A stretch of DNA of 64,000 nt from an uncultured Nitrososphaerota archaeon (GCA_963718895.1 CAVRAG010000008.1:576001-640000); one strand, 5' to 3'. Numbered from the stretch's first letter, positions 20,108 through 30,627 are shown. The notes: generated from the sequence alone by a model not told the origin. Numbers and translations: made by a program.

Positions 20108-21024
20108 GCGACGAGACTCCTGAGGATCTCCTCTCCTCCGAGCTTCAGCATCTCATCCCCGAGTTCTCTCCCGAGAACCTCGGCGTCCGCGGAATGCGAA
20201 GCACGGGTCCTCCTCAGCATCTGTCTGCCGTCGGTCGACGCGATCATGCCGCACACCGTGAGCGATTCGGCGCTCATCCGAGCGCAAGCCCCGACAGGCA
20301 CGAAGCAGTCACCCCCGACCCTCCTTGCGAACGCCCTTTCGCAGTCGGACTCCAGCCTCGTCTTCTCGTCGTCGATGGTTGAGACGATCCTCTCAGTCTC
20401 GCCGTCTCCCTCCCTGACCTCGACGGCAAGGGTGGCCTGACCCGCAGCAGGGACCATTTCCTCCGTGGAAAAGAACTGGGAGACCTTCCGCGACTCGGAG
20501 ATCCTCTCCACTCCCGCTGCCGCGAGGACTATCGCATCCAGTCGGAGGAGTTCCATCCTCTCGATTCTCGACTCCACGTTCCCATGCAGGTCGACTACAG
20601 ACAAATCTCTCCTGAGGTTCAGGAGCTGCGCCCTCCTCCTCAGGCTGCTTGTACCGACGACTGCTCCTGGATGAAGGTCCCGCAGTCGTTCTCCGCGTAG
20701 AGAGATTAGCGCGTCGCGAGGGTCGCCCCGCGGGGGCGTCGCGGCGATCTTCAGGCCGTCCTTGAGCTGCACGGAGACATCCTTCATGCTGTGCACGGCG
20801 GCGTCTATCTCGCCGCTCAGCAGTAGCGATTCGATCTCCCCTGTGAAGGCCGTCTTCCCATCTATGGCCGTTCGCCTCTGCGGAGGCAACCGGTCACCGG
20901 TCGTCTTGATCGGGACGACCACAATCTCGAGGCCGGGGACCCGCCTCGAGAGCATCTCCACGACTGTCCGGGTCTGCGCCCGGGAAAGCCTGCTCCCCCG
21001 GGCGCCGATCTTCAGGGTGCACAA
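20104..21024 (-). CDS. hemC: Hydroxymethylbilane synthase
   Basis: GARGSRLSRAQ, AVHSMKD, GTSSLRR, GGDC; likely TTG start at 21024. Confidence 0.95.
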   Translation of the reverse strand: MCTLKIGARGSRLSRAQTRTVVEMLSRRVPGLEIVVVPIKTTGDRLPPQRRTAIDGKTAFTGEIESLLLSGEIDAAVHSMKDVSVQLKDGLKIAATPPRGDPRDALISLRGERLRDLHPGAVVGTSSLRRRAQLLNLRRDLSVVDLHGNVESRIERMELLRLDAIVLAAAGVERISESRKVSQFFSTEEMVPAAGQATLAVEVREGDGETERIVSTIDDEKTRLESDCERAFARRVGGDCFVPVGACARMSAESLTVCGMIASTDGRQMLRRTRASHSADAEVLGRELGDEMLKLGGEEILRSLVA

Positions 21025-21025
21025 G

Positions 21026-22307
21026 TCATTTGCTCGCCTCGGGACAGAACAGGGCCTCGAGCACGCGCAGTCTCTCGGCCTGGTTGTTCTCACCCCCTGG
21101 TTGTTTCAACCAGTTTGTGTGGGGCGCTAGGAGCTTGCCCACCAGGCTCCTGCTCATCGCTTCGAGCACCTTCCTGTCGCTCTCGGAGAGATTCGGGAGC
21201 ATCCTCAACGCGACCTCTGTCTCAGAGCTGCGGACATCCTCAGCCCACCGATAGATTATCGCAAGGATGGGAGACAGTCGACTTGCCACAAGCCGCCTCG
21301 TGAACCTCTCAGCCTCCTCGCGGACCATCCTCTCGCTGGAGGCAAGCGCTGGCGTCGCTGGGACCGACCTCGCATGGTTAGCAAGGTCGTCTAGATCATA
21401 GAGCTCTATGAATTTGGAAGTCCTGAAAGCGGGGTCGATATTCCGCGGGAAGGCTAGATCGAGCAGGATCATCTTCCGTTTGTCAGCGAGGTCGCCCTTC
21501 TTCATAACGTAGCCCGAATGTCGGGTGGCCGATATCACAAGGTCTCCCTCCCAGCCCTGTCGCCTGAGCTGCCCGTAGGTCAGCAGTGTGGCATTGGGGA
21601 AGCAATCGAGCGCGTCCTTCCGTCTCGAAGCGAGATGAGATCCTGGCTCCCTTGAGTTGGGTCGCAGCCAGCCTCGCGGTCTTCCCTGTACCGATTAGGA
21701 GAATCTTCTTTGGGCGCCTTCCAAGCTTCTTTAGCGCGAACTCCAGTGCAAATGCGCTCACGGAGCTGTTTTGCTGGGCGACGTCAAGTGACCCTCTCAC
21801 GCGCTTGCCCACATTGAAGGCGGCGACGAAAAGGGCCGATAGAATCGAACCTGCTGACCCGACGGCTCTGGCCTTGGCTCCAGCCTCTCTGATTTGCTGG
21901 AGTATCTGCTCCTCGCCTATAACCAGGGAGTCCAGACCTGCCGCGACTTCAAAGATGTGCGAGACGGCGTCGAGGTCTGTCTTTACGTAGAAGCCATCAT
22001 GTCCTTCCCCTTGGCTTGGCAATCCGGAGAGGACCGATTCAGCGACCCACTCCGGGTCGTCCGTCGCCACATAGAGTTCCATCCGGTTGCACGTGACTAG
22101 CAGACAACTCTCGAGAGCGTGCGGCCTGGCACGTCGGACGGCTCTACGACCTCTCGCTTGAAATAAGCTGAGCGTACGTTCTCGGTACCCTATAGACGAG
22201 GTCTTGAACGACGTGCCGATGAGGACGATCGATGTGAGCGGAGCGACGCCATGTGGACGCAGCCTAGGGACGATACCCTCGGTTCCAGAGGTGAGTGAGA
22301 CCTCCAT
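21026..22307 (-). CDS. hemA: Glutamyl-tRNA reductase (+1 frameshift at ~21637)
   Basis: TCNRMELY, AAGLDSLVIGEEQILQQ, GTGKT, DLAFPRNIDP. Confidence 0.9.
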
Positions 22308-22345
22308 TGCAGCATCCGGAGCGGGCGCCAGGCTGGTTTATTTAA

Positions 22346-22408
22346 CGTTTGTTAGCATCGGAAAGTCGCACGAATCCACCGCTGACGAATCCAAATGTTT
22401 AACAAACG
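22346..22408. promoter_or_regulatory. Inverted 9-bp motif pair (CGTTTGTTA / TAACAAACG) in the divergent hemA-hemY promoter region
   Basis: CGTTTGTTA at 22346-22354 and TAACAAACG at 22400-22408; TTAAATAA TATA-like box next to the hemA copy. Confidence 0.45.
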
Positions 22409-22476
22409 CTCGCTAAACGGTCTAGCCCGAGGGAGCTTGGTCATGGCCCTGGGCACTCTTTCCAAGATGGCTTGAA

Positions 22477-23970
22477 ATGAACAGAGCGGTGGCAGTCGTC
22501 GGAGGCGGGATCTCGGGTCTTGCAACAGCCTACTTCCTTCAGGACTACGCTTCCAGGTCCGGACTTACACTCGAATGCGCCGTTATTGAGGCAGAGCCGC
22601 GGCTGGGCGGGCGGATCCTGAGCGAGAACGTAGACGGGTGCGTCATCGAGGCGGGCCCCGATTCGTTCTTGACGTTGAAGCCCCAGGCGGTGGATCTTTG
22701 CGAGCGGCTCGGTCTCTCCGACCTGCTCATCGGGACGAATTCCGAACGGTCCAAGGTCTATGTGCTCGTCGCGGGAAGACTCAGAAGATTGCCGGATGGC
22801 CTCACCTCAGTTGTGCCACGGAAGCTGACGCCCTTTCTCTGGACGGGCTTGCTCACGCCCTGGGGCAAGTCCAGAATGCTCCTAGACGTGGTAATCCCGC
22901 GCAAGAGCGATGGCGTCGAGGAGACCCTTTCAGGTTTCGTCAGGAGACGCCTCGGTCATGAAGCCCTCGAGAGAATCGCCGAACCCCTGATGGCAGGCAT
23001 CTACGCCGGAGATGCAGCTCAGTTGAGCATGTCGACCAACTTCCCACAGTTGGTCCAGCTCGAACTCAAGAAGCGCAGTCTCGTCCTGGGGACGATTGCA
23101 AACAGCCGACATCCCGCCCCAGGAACGATCCAGGCGGTTCACCGTCCGACGTTCATGGCGCTCAGGGGAGGCCTTGAACGCATGGTCGACGCCCTGGTCT
23201 CTCATCTTGAAGGGACAACGCTCCTCACGGGTAGGAAGCCCGTCATTCTCAGGAGAAAGCATTCGCACGAGAAGGGTGGATACGAGCTTGAGCTCGATGA
23301 CGGGAGTCTCGTCTACGCCGACTCCGTGGTCCTGGCGACGCCCGCCTACGCATCGGCCGGCCTCCTGAAGGACCTGAGCCCTGAAGCGGCATCCATCCTG
23401 GGTAGCATCCCCTACGTCTCGACGGCGACGGTTTCTCTGGTCTATGATCGCTCCAGTTTCCCGCACCCTCTCGACGGGTCGGGTTTTGTCATTGCTCCGA
23501 CTGAGATGAGGAAGATAACCGCCTGCACATGGGTATCCTCGAAGTGGCCCACACACTCACCCGGTGACCGCGTTTTGCTGAGGTGCTTCCTAGGCCGAGC
23601 CGGACACGAGGAGCTACTCCAGCGGGGAGATGCTGACCTGTGCCAGCTTGCCGAGGACGAGCTGAATTCCATCCTAGGCATAACCGCCAAGCCCTTGCTG
23701 AGGCGGATACATCGGTGCGGCAAGTCCCTTCCTCAGTACAACCTGGGGCACTCGGAGAAGCTCGTAGCACTTGGACAGGCAATGGAAGACCTACCGGGGA
23801 TCTTCCTGACCGGCGCGGCCTACAGGGGGGTCGGTCTCCCGGACTGCATAAAGCAGGCTGCGCTGACCGCCTCGGGGACGATAAACTTCCTTGGCGAAAC
23901 GGAGAACAGGGAATATGGAACACCAAGTGTCGTCGCTGGGACGGCGCGAGGGGCCCCTGGATCCTGCTAA
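22477..23970 (+). CDS. hemY: Coproporphyrinogen/protoporphyrinogen oxidase (HemY/CgoX)
   Basis: GGGISGL, EAGPDSF, GIYAGD, LPQYNLGH, YRGVGLPDCI. Confidence 0.9.
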   Translation: MNRAVAVVGGGISGLATAYFLQDYASRSGLTLECAVIEAEPRLGGRILSENVDGCVIEAGPDSFLTLKPQAVDLCERLGLSDLLIGTNSERSKVYVLVAGRLRRLPDGLTSVVPRKLTPFLWTGLLTPWGKSRMLLDVVIPRKSDGVEETLSGFVRRRLGHEALERIAEPLMAGIYAGDAAQLSMSTNFPQLVQLELKKRSLVLGTIANSRHPAPGTIQAVHRPTFMALRGGLERMVDALVSHLEGTTLLTGRKPVILRRKHSHEKGGYELELDDGSLVYADSVVLATPAYASAGLLKDLSPEAASILGSIPYVSTATVSLVYDRSSFPHPLDGSGFVIAPTEMRKITACTWVSSKWPTHSPGDRVLLRCFLGRAGHEELLQRGDADLCQLAEDELNSILGITAKPLLRRIHRCGKSLPQYNLGHSEKLVALGQAMEDLPGIFLTGAAYRGVGLPDCIKQAALTASGTINFLGETENREYGTPSVVAGTARGAPGSC

Positions 23971-24132
23971 CCGCAAGCTGACCTCCTGGATGACCGAAGA
24001 CTCTCGTTCGACCCCATTCTCGGCCGAACCCTGGTCAAGAATCCCACACTATTGAGAAGCGCGAAGAAGGGTGGCTTCCTCCCCCCGCTGCTAACGTCCA
24101 AGCGGCGGACTGACTGTGCGCAGGGGTGTCGA

Positions 24133-25434
24133 TTATCGGACTGCCGAGATTGGACCGGGAACTATGTGAACGGGTGAGACGGGGTTGCCGGAGAACGCGG
24201 AGATGGTGTATTGCTCGTACGCGCCGGTCCTCCACCTGCCCTTGTAGACGTCGTAGGTCTTGGCGGCGATCTGGTTCTTCTCCATGTCAAATGTGAGTAT
24301 CATGACCGTCGATCCTCCGACCTTGTCCCCGTCCGGAGTTGTAGAATCGGAAAAGTCGACCCCCCGTCCCGTCGGGCAGCTCGGGTCGTCCGTGCAGTCC
24401 TGCCTGTCGAACATCAGCTGGTTCCTGTTGTTTATCGGGGTCCCCGTATTGTATCCCTGATCCGTCGCAAAGTGCCCGTTCAAGCTGAGAAAGACGTTGG
24501 AGGAGTGCGCGTCCATGGCACCCTTCAGTCCCGTCACGAAGTCCGCCAGCGTCGGCCCCCACCTCGCGTCGTTGATCTCCCCGTACGCATCCATGTACGC
24601 GTGAGGCGCGATTATGACCTTATGGTCGGCGTACAACGGATCATCTAGCAGACCGGCGACCCATTCTAAAACATCCGGCTGACCGTTCCACTCGACATTG
24701 ATCACGAGAAAGTTCCACCCGTTGGCGGAGAAGGTCACAGCCGTGTTCATCCCGTTGTGATAATCGCTGGCCCAGGTGGTGTAGCCCAGCGCATTCAGTT
24801 TTGGCTTGATGTTCGAAGGATCGAAGGCCGGAGCCCAGACATTCCCCATCCAGCCGGAGGCTGCTTCGCCGCCGATCAAATCGTCGTGATTTCCGGCACA
24901 CCAGCTGTAGGGAATCTTGTTCTTTAGCAGGATGGACATGGCCTCATCTGCATTCTGCCACTGCACCTGCGTTGCGCCAGTCTCCACGATGTCCCCCGTG
25001 TGGATAACCATCTTTCCGTTGTAGGCGCTCCAGTTGTCGACTATCCAGTTCGTCGCCATCCTGAAGAGGGCGGGATTTGACTCTGAGAGAAACTGCGTGT
25101 CGGTAATCCAGAATATCGAGAAGCCGTTGGCGGGTAGTTCAGTCGCGGGCTGTGCCCCACTGCCTGCCGCCGAGGTTACGCTGGTCGTCCGGGTCGTCGT
25201 CACGGTCACAGTCTGAACACTCGAGGCGACGTCGGAGCCAGAAGCGGCGCTAGTCGTCGATGACGTCAGAGACCCAGAAGCGGCGGGTGATGCGCCATGG
25301 TTCGACTTTGCACGTACGTCTGCGGCGTAACCTAAACCTACGCCGGCAACTCCGGCAAGAGCCAGTGTACCTGTCCACTTGAGGAAACTCCTCCGAGCAA
25401 TCTTCTTCTCCCCCTCTGCTTCCGATCGTGACAT
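24133..25434 (-). CDS. Tat-exported calcineurin-like metallophosphoesterase with Ser/Thr linker
   Basis: ARRSFLK twin-arginine signal; DTQ, HTGDIV, GNHD and GH motifs. Confidence 0.85.
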   Translation of the reverse strand: MSRSEAEGEKKIARRSFLKWTGTLALAGVAGVGLGYAADVRAKSNHGASPAASGSLTSSTTSAASGSDVASSVQTVTVTTTRTTSVTSAAGSGAQPATELPANGFSIFWITDTQFLSESNPALFRMATNWIVDNWSAYNGKMVIHTGDIVETGATQVQWQNADEAMSILLKNKIPYSWCAGNHDDLIGGEAASGWMGNVWAPAFDPSNIKPKLNALGYTTWASDYHNGMNTAVTFSANGWNFLVINVEWNGQPDVLEWVAGLLDDPLYADHKVIIAPHAYMDAYGEINDARWGPTLADFVTGLKGAMDAHSSNVFLSLNGHFATDQGYNTGTPINNRNQLMFDRQDCTDDPSCPTGRGVDFSDSTTPDGDKVGGSTVMILTFDMEKNQIAAKTYDVYKGRWRTGAYEQYTISAFSGNPVSPVHIVPGPISAVR

Positions 25435-25638
25435 TGCGACAACCGGAAAAAAGTGCGAGAATTCGTCCGTAATAAGAGTAACGATGTTAATTGCGGCCGT
25501 AACGGTGGGCGTCCTAGGGGAAGGTTTCGAGCGGAAAGTGAAGGATGTCTTCCGGCTATAAACGGAGCCCAAACCAATGCGGGTAATCGAATATATATAC
25601 ACCCGGAATTTTGGTGAGAAACTGGGTGTAACTCTAGA

Positions 25639-26145
25639 ATGAAATCCTCGAGCGCTATATCTGACTCAAGAAAGTATGCGATTAGCCACACGATTGTTGC
25701 CGTGGTAGTCATTGTCTTGGTCTTCGCGGCGGGCATCGCCTATCTCATAGCCTACCCGCCTTCGTCGACATCTGGAGCGACCGTCTCGAGCAACGAGCTC
25801 TCTTACACTAACTACGGCGCAACCCAGTCGTTGACCACGAACACGACCACCGCAGTCACTCCTGCAAACGCAGTGGTGGTGGACATTCCGAGTGACAATG
25901 GATATCCCTTCGCCCAGTTCACGCCTCAGGTGATCACTGTTGTCATCGGTGTGAACAACACGGTGACATGGACCAATCACGACGTACTGACCCATAACAT
26001 CCTGACCGCCTCCGGCCTCTTCGCTTCGGGTGATCTCCCGACCGGTGCGTCCTACACCTTCACGTTCACCCAGGCTGGAACGTTCCCGTACTACTGCTCC
26101 TACCACCCGAGTCACACTGGGATAGTCATAGTCAAGAACGCCTAG
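25639..26145 (+). CDS. Membrane-anchored cupredoxin (plastocyanin/azurin-like)
   Basis: N-terminal TM, VTWTNHDVLTHN, YYCSYHPSHTG. Confidence 0.85.
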   Translation: MKSSSAISDSRKYAISHTIVAVVVIVLVFAAGIAYLIAYPPSSTSGATVSSNELSYTNYGATQSLTTNTTTAVTPANAVVVDIPSDNGYPFAQFTPQVITVVIGVNNTVTWTNHDVLTHNILTASGLFASGDLPTGASYTFTFTQAGTFPYYCSYHPSHTGIVIVKNA

Positions 26146-26367
26146 TCCCGAACAACCTAGTACCGCGTCCAGTCTTCGGCCGGCCATGTGTCTCCGACCG
26201 TCCCCATTGACAATAGTCAGGGTTCAGGGCACGCACAGACTCGTGCTGACGCGTTATACACAAGAGCCCTACCGGATCAAGCCTGCGAGGTCAGACCAGC
26301 GTGATGCATTCGGAATTCTCGCATGGTCCGGGGAGCTTCGATCGCCGGGAGCCGCGGTGAATTGGCT

Positions 26368-26622
26368 CTACGCGACGGTAAGGAGTTTCTTCTTGTAGGC
26401 GTCGGCGCAGGCCTTCGCATGGAAGGTCAGCTCCTTCTTCCCTATGGTTTCCACGTAGGGCTCATAGACGATGGCTCCCCCGCAGAATCCGCACTTGCGG
26501 GCTTTGAAAGCTACGGCGCACTGTCTGGCGTGAAACGAGTACTTCTTCCCGCCGATTGTCAGATTGTATGGATCGTAGGCTATGACACCGCCGCAGTAGC
26601 CACACTTGACTTCCTTTGTCAA
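26368..26622 (-). CDS. Small tandem TRASH/YHS-like metal-binding protein
   Basis: Two repeats of CxxCGGxIxYxPY...IGxK..xFHAxxCA; TTG start at 26622. Confidence 0.75.
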   Translation of the reverse strand: MTKEVKCGYCGGVIAYDPYNLTIGGKKYSFHARQCAVAFKARKCGFCGGAIVYEPYVETIGKKELTFHAKACADAYKKKLLTVA

Positions 26623-26763
26623 TCTCTGTCGTGCCTTTCGGGACTCTCTTCTCTTATAAGCGTTCGAGTCCCACCCTCGGGGTCGTCCTCTGTTGACGCC
26701 CGGCCGGCGACAACTTGGGGCGGCCCAGCCAAGAATCCGGTCGGAGTCTTGAACTCGCCAGGG

Positions 26764-27288
26764 ATGACCGCGAATAAATATGATTTCGTAGTGGCGAAAC
26801 TGGCGCATGGGTTGGTGAAAACTGCGGGGGAGGCAGAGGGCTCGACAGACTACACCTGGACAGTCCGGGTTCATGGGTTAGCGGTCAAGGAAGCAAAGGC
26901 CTATTCGGGCATGCACGCGTTCTCCATAGGGAAGCAGGCCGGTTTCACAGAGGGAGATCCTCTTCCCAGCGCAGTCGAGTACACCCTGGGGGCCCTCGGA
27001 GGCGATTTGGTCGCGGGTTTCCGAAACCAAGCGGAGAAGCGCGGAGTCGATATCGACGCCGTGGAGTCGGTGGTCACGGGTCGTCTCGGCAATCCGATGG
27101 TCTTCCTGGGAGTGATCGGGGCCGAGGGCAACCCCGGCCTTGAGTCGGTCACTGCAACTCTCTATGTCAGCGCTGAAGCTGATGAGGCCGTATTGCAGGA
27201 GGTGTGGCTCGCCACCCTGGCGACCTCACCACTGGTCAACACGTTCAAACGCTCTGCTCCACTTACGCTTACTTTACGTCGGTCATAA
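26764..27288 (+). CDS. OsmC-like protein lacking catalytic cysteines
   Basis: PSAVEYTLGALGGDL and TSPLVNT at the usual Cys positions; start 26764 or 26791. Confidence 0.7.
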   Translation: MTANKYDFVVAKLAHGLVKTAGEAEGSTDYTWTVRVHGLAVKEAKAYSGMHAFSIGKQAGFTEGDPLPSAVEYTLGALGGDLVAGFRNQAEKRGVDIDAVESVVTGRLGNPMVFLGVIGAEGNPGLESVTATLYVSAEADEAVLQEVWLATLATSPLVNTFKRSAPLTLTLRRS

Positions 27289-27457
27289 CCCGCGGTCGCG
27301 AGCGCGACGGTAAGATGGAACTAACCTTGCCGCCCACAGGCCCCGGCTCGTTCCTGCCAGAGGGTCAAATGCCTCGAGACTTCGACCATGGTGTGGCCTC
27401 AGAAAAGGAACACCGTAAGCACATTTAATTACGTGGCAGCCTCGGCATACCCAACCA

Positions 27458-28620
27458 ATGACGGCCTATAGACTGAACGCAGAACAGACCGGTGTCGTTG
27501 AGCGCGCCCGCAAGATCGCCGACGAGGAGATAGCCCCTCACGCCGCCGACGTCGACGCAAGGGGGCGCTTTCCGCAGCGAAGGAATCGACGCACTCGGAC
27601 GTGCCGGGTTTCTCGGGCTGAACATCCCGAAGGAAGAGGGAGGTATGGGCCAAGGGTTGCGCGTCGCAAGCGCCGTGCTGGATGAAATCGCTCAGCGAGA
27701 CGCCTCGCTCGCGATGGTCTACAAGATGCACCTGTGCGGTTGCTCCTGTTATGTCGCTTTTCCTCAGACGGGTAAGGAGTACTTCCCCAAGATCGTCGCC
27801 GGCAAGCACCTGAGCACGCTCGCGTGGAGCGAGCAAGGTTCGCGGAGCCACTTCTGGGCGCCCGCGAGCCAGGCCACAGAGGAGGGCGGGAAGGTCGTCC
27901 TGAACGCCCAGAAATCCTGGGTGACCTCGGCCGGTGAAGCCGACGGATACGTGGTCTCCACGCGGACTGCAGGCGGAACCGCTACGACCGATACCATGCT
28001 CTATCTTGTCTTGAAGGGAGATGCTGGCGCTGCGGGTCGCAGGTGCCTGGAACGGGCTCGGCATGCGGGGCAACGCCAGCAACCCGATGGTTCTGGAGAA
28101 CTGCAGCATCGCTGCCAGCCGCTCACTCTCCAAGAAGAGCGAGGGTTTTCAGACAATGCTCGGTGTTGTTCTTCCCTGGTTCAACCTCGGTAACGAGGCG
28201 ATCTCGGTGGGAATCGCCGAGGCAGCGGTGGCTGCGACCACGACGCACCTCACGTCGAGACGCTTTTCGGACATGAACGATGCCCCACTCTCTGACTTAC
28301 CGACTCTGCGGGCCCGTCTTGCGCAGATGCGGATCGCGACGGATACCGCCCGCGCCCATCTCTCTTCGGTCCTCGACTCGGTCGAGCAACCCGGGCCACA
28401 GACCACCCTGATGGTTCTCGAGTCGAAGGCCGTCGGCGCCGATGCCGCGCTAACCGTCACCGACCTCGGCATGAAGGCCTGCGGCGGAGCTGCCTTCAGC
28501 AGGCACCTCAGCATAGAGCGGAACTTCCGCGACGCTCGAGCGGCCTATGTCATGGCACCTACGTCGGACGTCCTGCAAGAGTTCATCGGGCGGGCCCTCT
28601 GCGGAATGCCTCTGTTCTAG
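27458..28620 (+). CDS. Acyl-CoA dehydrogenase family flavoprotein (two +1 frameshifts, ~27575 and ~28029)
   Basis: LAWSEQGSRSH, KSWVTS, WNGLGMRGNAS, IERNFRDARA across three frames. Confidence 0.85.
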
Positions 28621-28636
28621 CCGAGGTCCCAGACCC

Positions 28637-29464
28637 ACGAAGCCCCGTGTCCTAGTGGGAGCGGTGATCTATGACCCGAAGGTCGTGACCATCTGGGAGA
28701 TCATCAAGGGCTTCTTTGTAGACCAAGGGTACGCCATGGACTGCGTCTTCTACAATAGCTACGACCTGATGACGGACGCGCTTGTGGCAGGTCACATCCA
28801 AGTCGCCTGGAACTCTCCCCTTGCCTGGGTCGATGTCGTCCGACGGACAGGTGGCGCGTGCCACGCTGTCGCGATGCGTGACACAGACCGCGACCGGAGG
28901 ACTCACTTCGTGGCACGCCGGAGCAGCAGGCTCGTGCGCCCGGAAGACCTGCGCGGGAAGACCCTGGCCACGGGGGCCAGCGATTCACCGCAGTCCCACC
29001 TGATCCCGCTGCACTACCTGAAGCAGAAGGGTCTAACAGCCGGTCGCGACTTCAACGTTAGGCGCTTTGATCTTCTTGTCGGCAAGCACGGCGACCACGT
29101 CGGTGGTGAGCTCGAAGCCCTGCGGAGCGTGCAACGCGGCGAGAGCGACGCTTGTGCGATACTCGATTTGAACTGGGCGCGCTGGCAGGCGGAGGGGATT
29201 GCCGACGCTGCTTCACTGGTGTCTCTTGGGACGACGGAATCCTTCGACCACTGCAACTTCAGCGTCCTGGAGTCCTTCCCCATTGACGAAGAACGCCGCT
29301 GGGCGACGACGCTCTTCTCCATGAGATACGATAATCCGTCTCACCGGGAAATGATGGACCTGGAGGGACTCAAGGCCTGGCTACCCGGTCGGACATCAGG
29401 CTACGCCGCTCTGACCGAGGCGGTGGTGGAGCAGAAGTTCTTCGAGGGACGCCCAGACCTTTGA
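28637..29464 (+). CDS. PhnD/SsuA-like substrate-binding-fold protein without signal peptide
   Basis: GAVIYDPKVVTIW, AWNSPLAW, GKHGDHVGGE, FDHCNF; apparent start is ACG at 28637. Confidence 0.8.
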   Translation, partial: TKPRVLVGAVIYDPKVVTIWEIIKGFFVDQGYAMDCVFYNSYDLMTDALVAGHIQVAWNSPLAWVDVVRRTGGACHAVAMRDTDRDRRTHFVARRSSRLVRPEDLRGKTLATGASDSPQSHLIPLHYLKQKGLTAGRDFNVRRFDLLVGKHGDHVGGELEALRSVQRGESDACAILDLNWARWQAEGIADAASLVSLGTTESFDHCNFSVLESFPIDEERRWATTLFSMRYDNPSHREMMDLEGLKAWLPGRTSGYAALTEAVVEQKFFEGRPDL

Positions 29465-30627
29465 CGCGGGAGAATCCCCTGTTCCCTGTCACGTCGGTCG
29501 GGAGCTGGCCGCGCTCCCCCGAGGTGCTGAGGGCACTTCGACAGAGACACGAGGGAGGGGCCTCGGCGGAGACGTTCGAGCGCGTCACAGACGAGGCCGT
29601 GATCGAGGCGCTCCACGCCCAGGAGAGGGCGGGCGTCGATCTCGTGACAGACGGAGAACAGCGGAGGGACAACTTCTACTCTTTTGTTGCCGAGAAGCTG
29701 GACGGCGTGAAGCTCATGACCCTGGCCGAGATGCTGGAAGTGGTCGAGGACAAGGCCAGGTTCGAACGCATCCTCCAGACGCTAGACGTTCCGGCCTACG
29801 CCATGAAGACTGCCACGTGCGTCGGCAAGATCAAGCGGCGTGAACCGCTGGCGCTAGACGAGTACCAGTTCCTCCGAAAGCACACGAAGCGCGCCATCAA
29901 GGTCCCGCTCCCGGGGCCGTATCTGCTGACCCGAGCCATGTGGGTCAGAGAGGTATCGCAAGCCGCGTATCCAACAAAGGAGGACCTCGGGGAGGATGTC
30001 GTCCGGATGATGCGGGAGGAAGTTTTCGCCCTCCGCGACGCCGGCGTGGATTTCATCCAGTTTGACGAGCCGGTCCTGACGGAACTCGTCTTCACCCAGG
30101 GACAGACCAGGACCTTCATGTGCGCCGCGCTCGCCGCGCGCCACGACCCGGCAGAGGAGCTGGAGTTTGCCACCTCTCTCCTGAACCGCGTAGTCGAGGG
30201 GTTGGATGGGGTCAGAACGGGGTTGCACATCTGCCGGGGGAACTGGAGCCAGAACGAGAAGGTCCTGCTGGAGGGCTCCTATCACCCCCTGCTGCCTTAC
30301 CTGAAGCGCATGAAGGTACAGCAGTTCGTGCTGGAGTTTGCCACGCCACGAGCAGGAGGATTGGAGGCCATCGCCGGGCTGCTCGAGGACAGGGAACTGG
30401 GCCTGGGAGTCGTCAATCCTCGCACAGCGGAGATTGAGACGTCCAATCAGATCGTTGCCAGGGCTAAGGAGGCCCTGCGCTACATCCCAGCGGAACGCCT
30501 CTTCCTAAACCCCGACTGCGGCTTCGGGACCTTCGCCCAGAGGCCCCTCAACACGCCCGAAGTAGCGACCCAGAAGCTCGCGGCAATTGCAAGGGCCGCC
30601 GCCAAGTTGAGAGAAGCGTACTCGTGA
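29461..30627 (+). CDS. Cobalamin-independent methionine synthase II family (single-barrel MetE-like Zn enzyme)
   Basis: VGSWPR, TDGEQRR, QFDEP, HICRGN, LEF, NPDCGF. Confidence 0.85.
   Translation: MTRENPLFPVTSVGSWPRSPEVLRALRQRHEGGASAETFERVTDEAVIEALHAQERAGVDLVTDGEQRRDNFYSFVAEKLDGVKLMTLAEMLEVVEDKARFERILQTLDVPAYAMKTATCVGKIKRREPLALDEYQFLRKHTKRAIKVPLPGPYLLTRAMWVREVSQAAYPTKEDLGEDVVRMMREEVFALRDAGVDFIQFDEPVLTELVFTQGQTRTFMCAALAARHDPAEELEFATSLLNRVVEGLDGVRTGLHICRGNWSQNEKVLLEGSYHPLLPYLKRMKVQQFVLEFATPRAGGLEAIAGLLEDRELGLGVVNPRTAEIETSNQIVARAKEALRYIPAERLFLNPDCGFGTFAQRPLNTPEVATQKLAAIARAAAKLREAYS

Noticed and set aside
26323-26763. Long N-terminal extension of the OsmC ORF
   Set aside because: Antisense to the TRASH-like gene; the real start is at 26764 or later.
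28637-29464. Phosphonate ABC transporter
   Set aside because: No signal peptide, and no permease or ATPase genes nearby.
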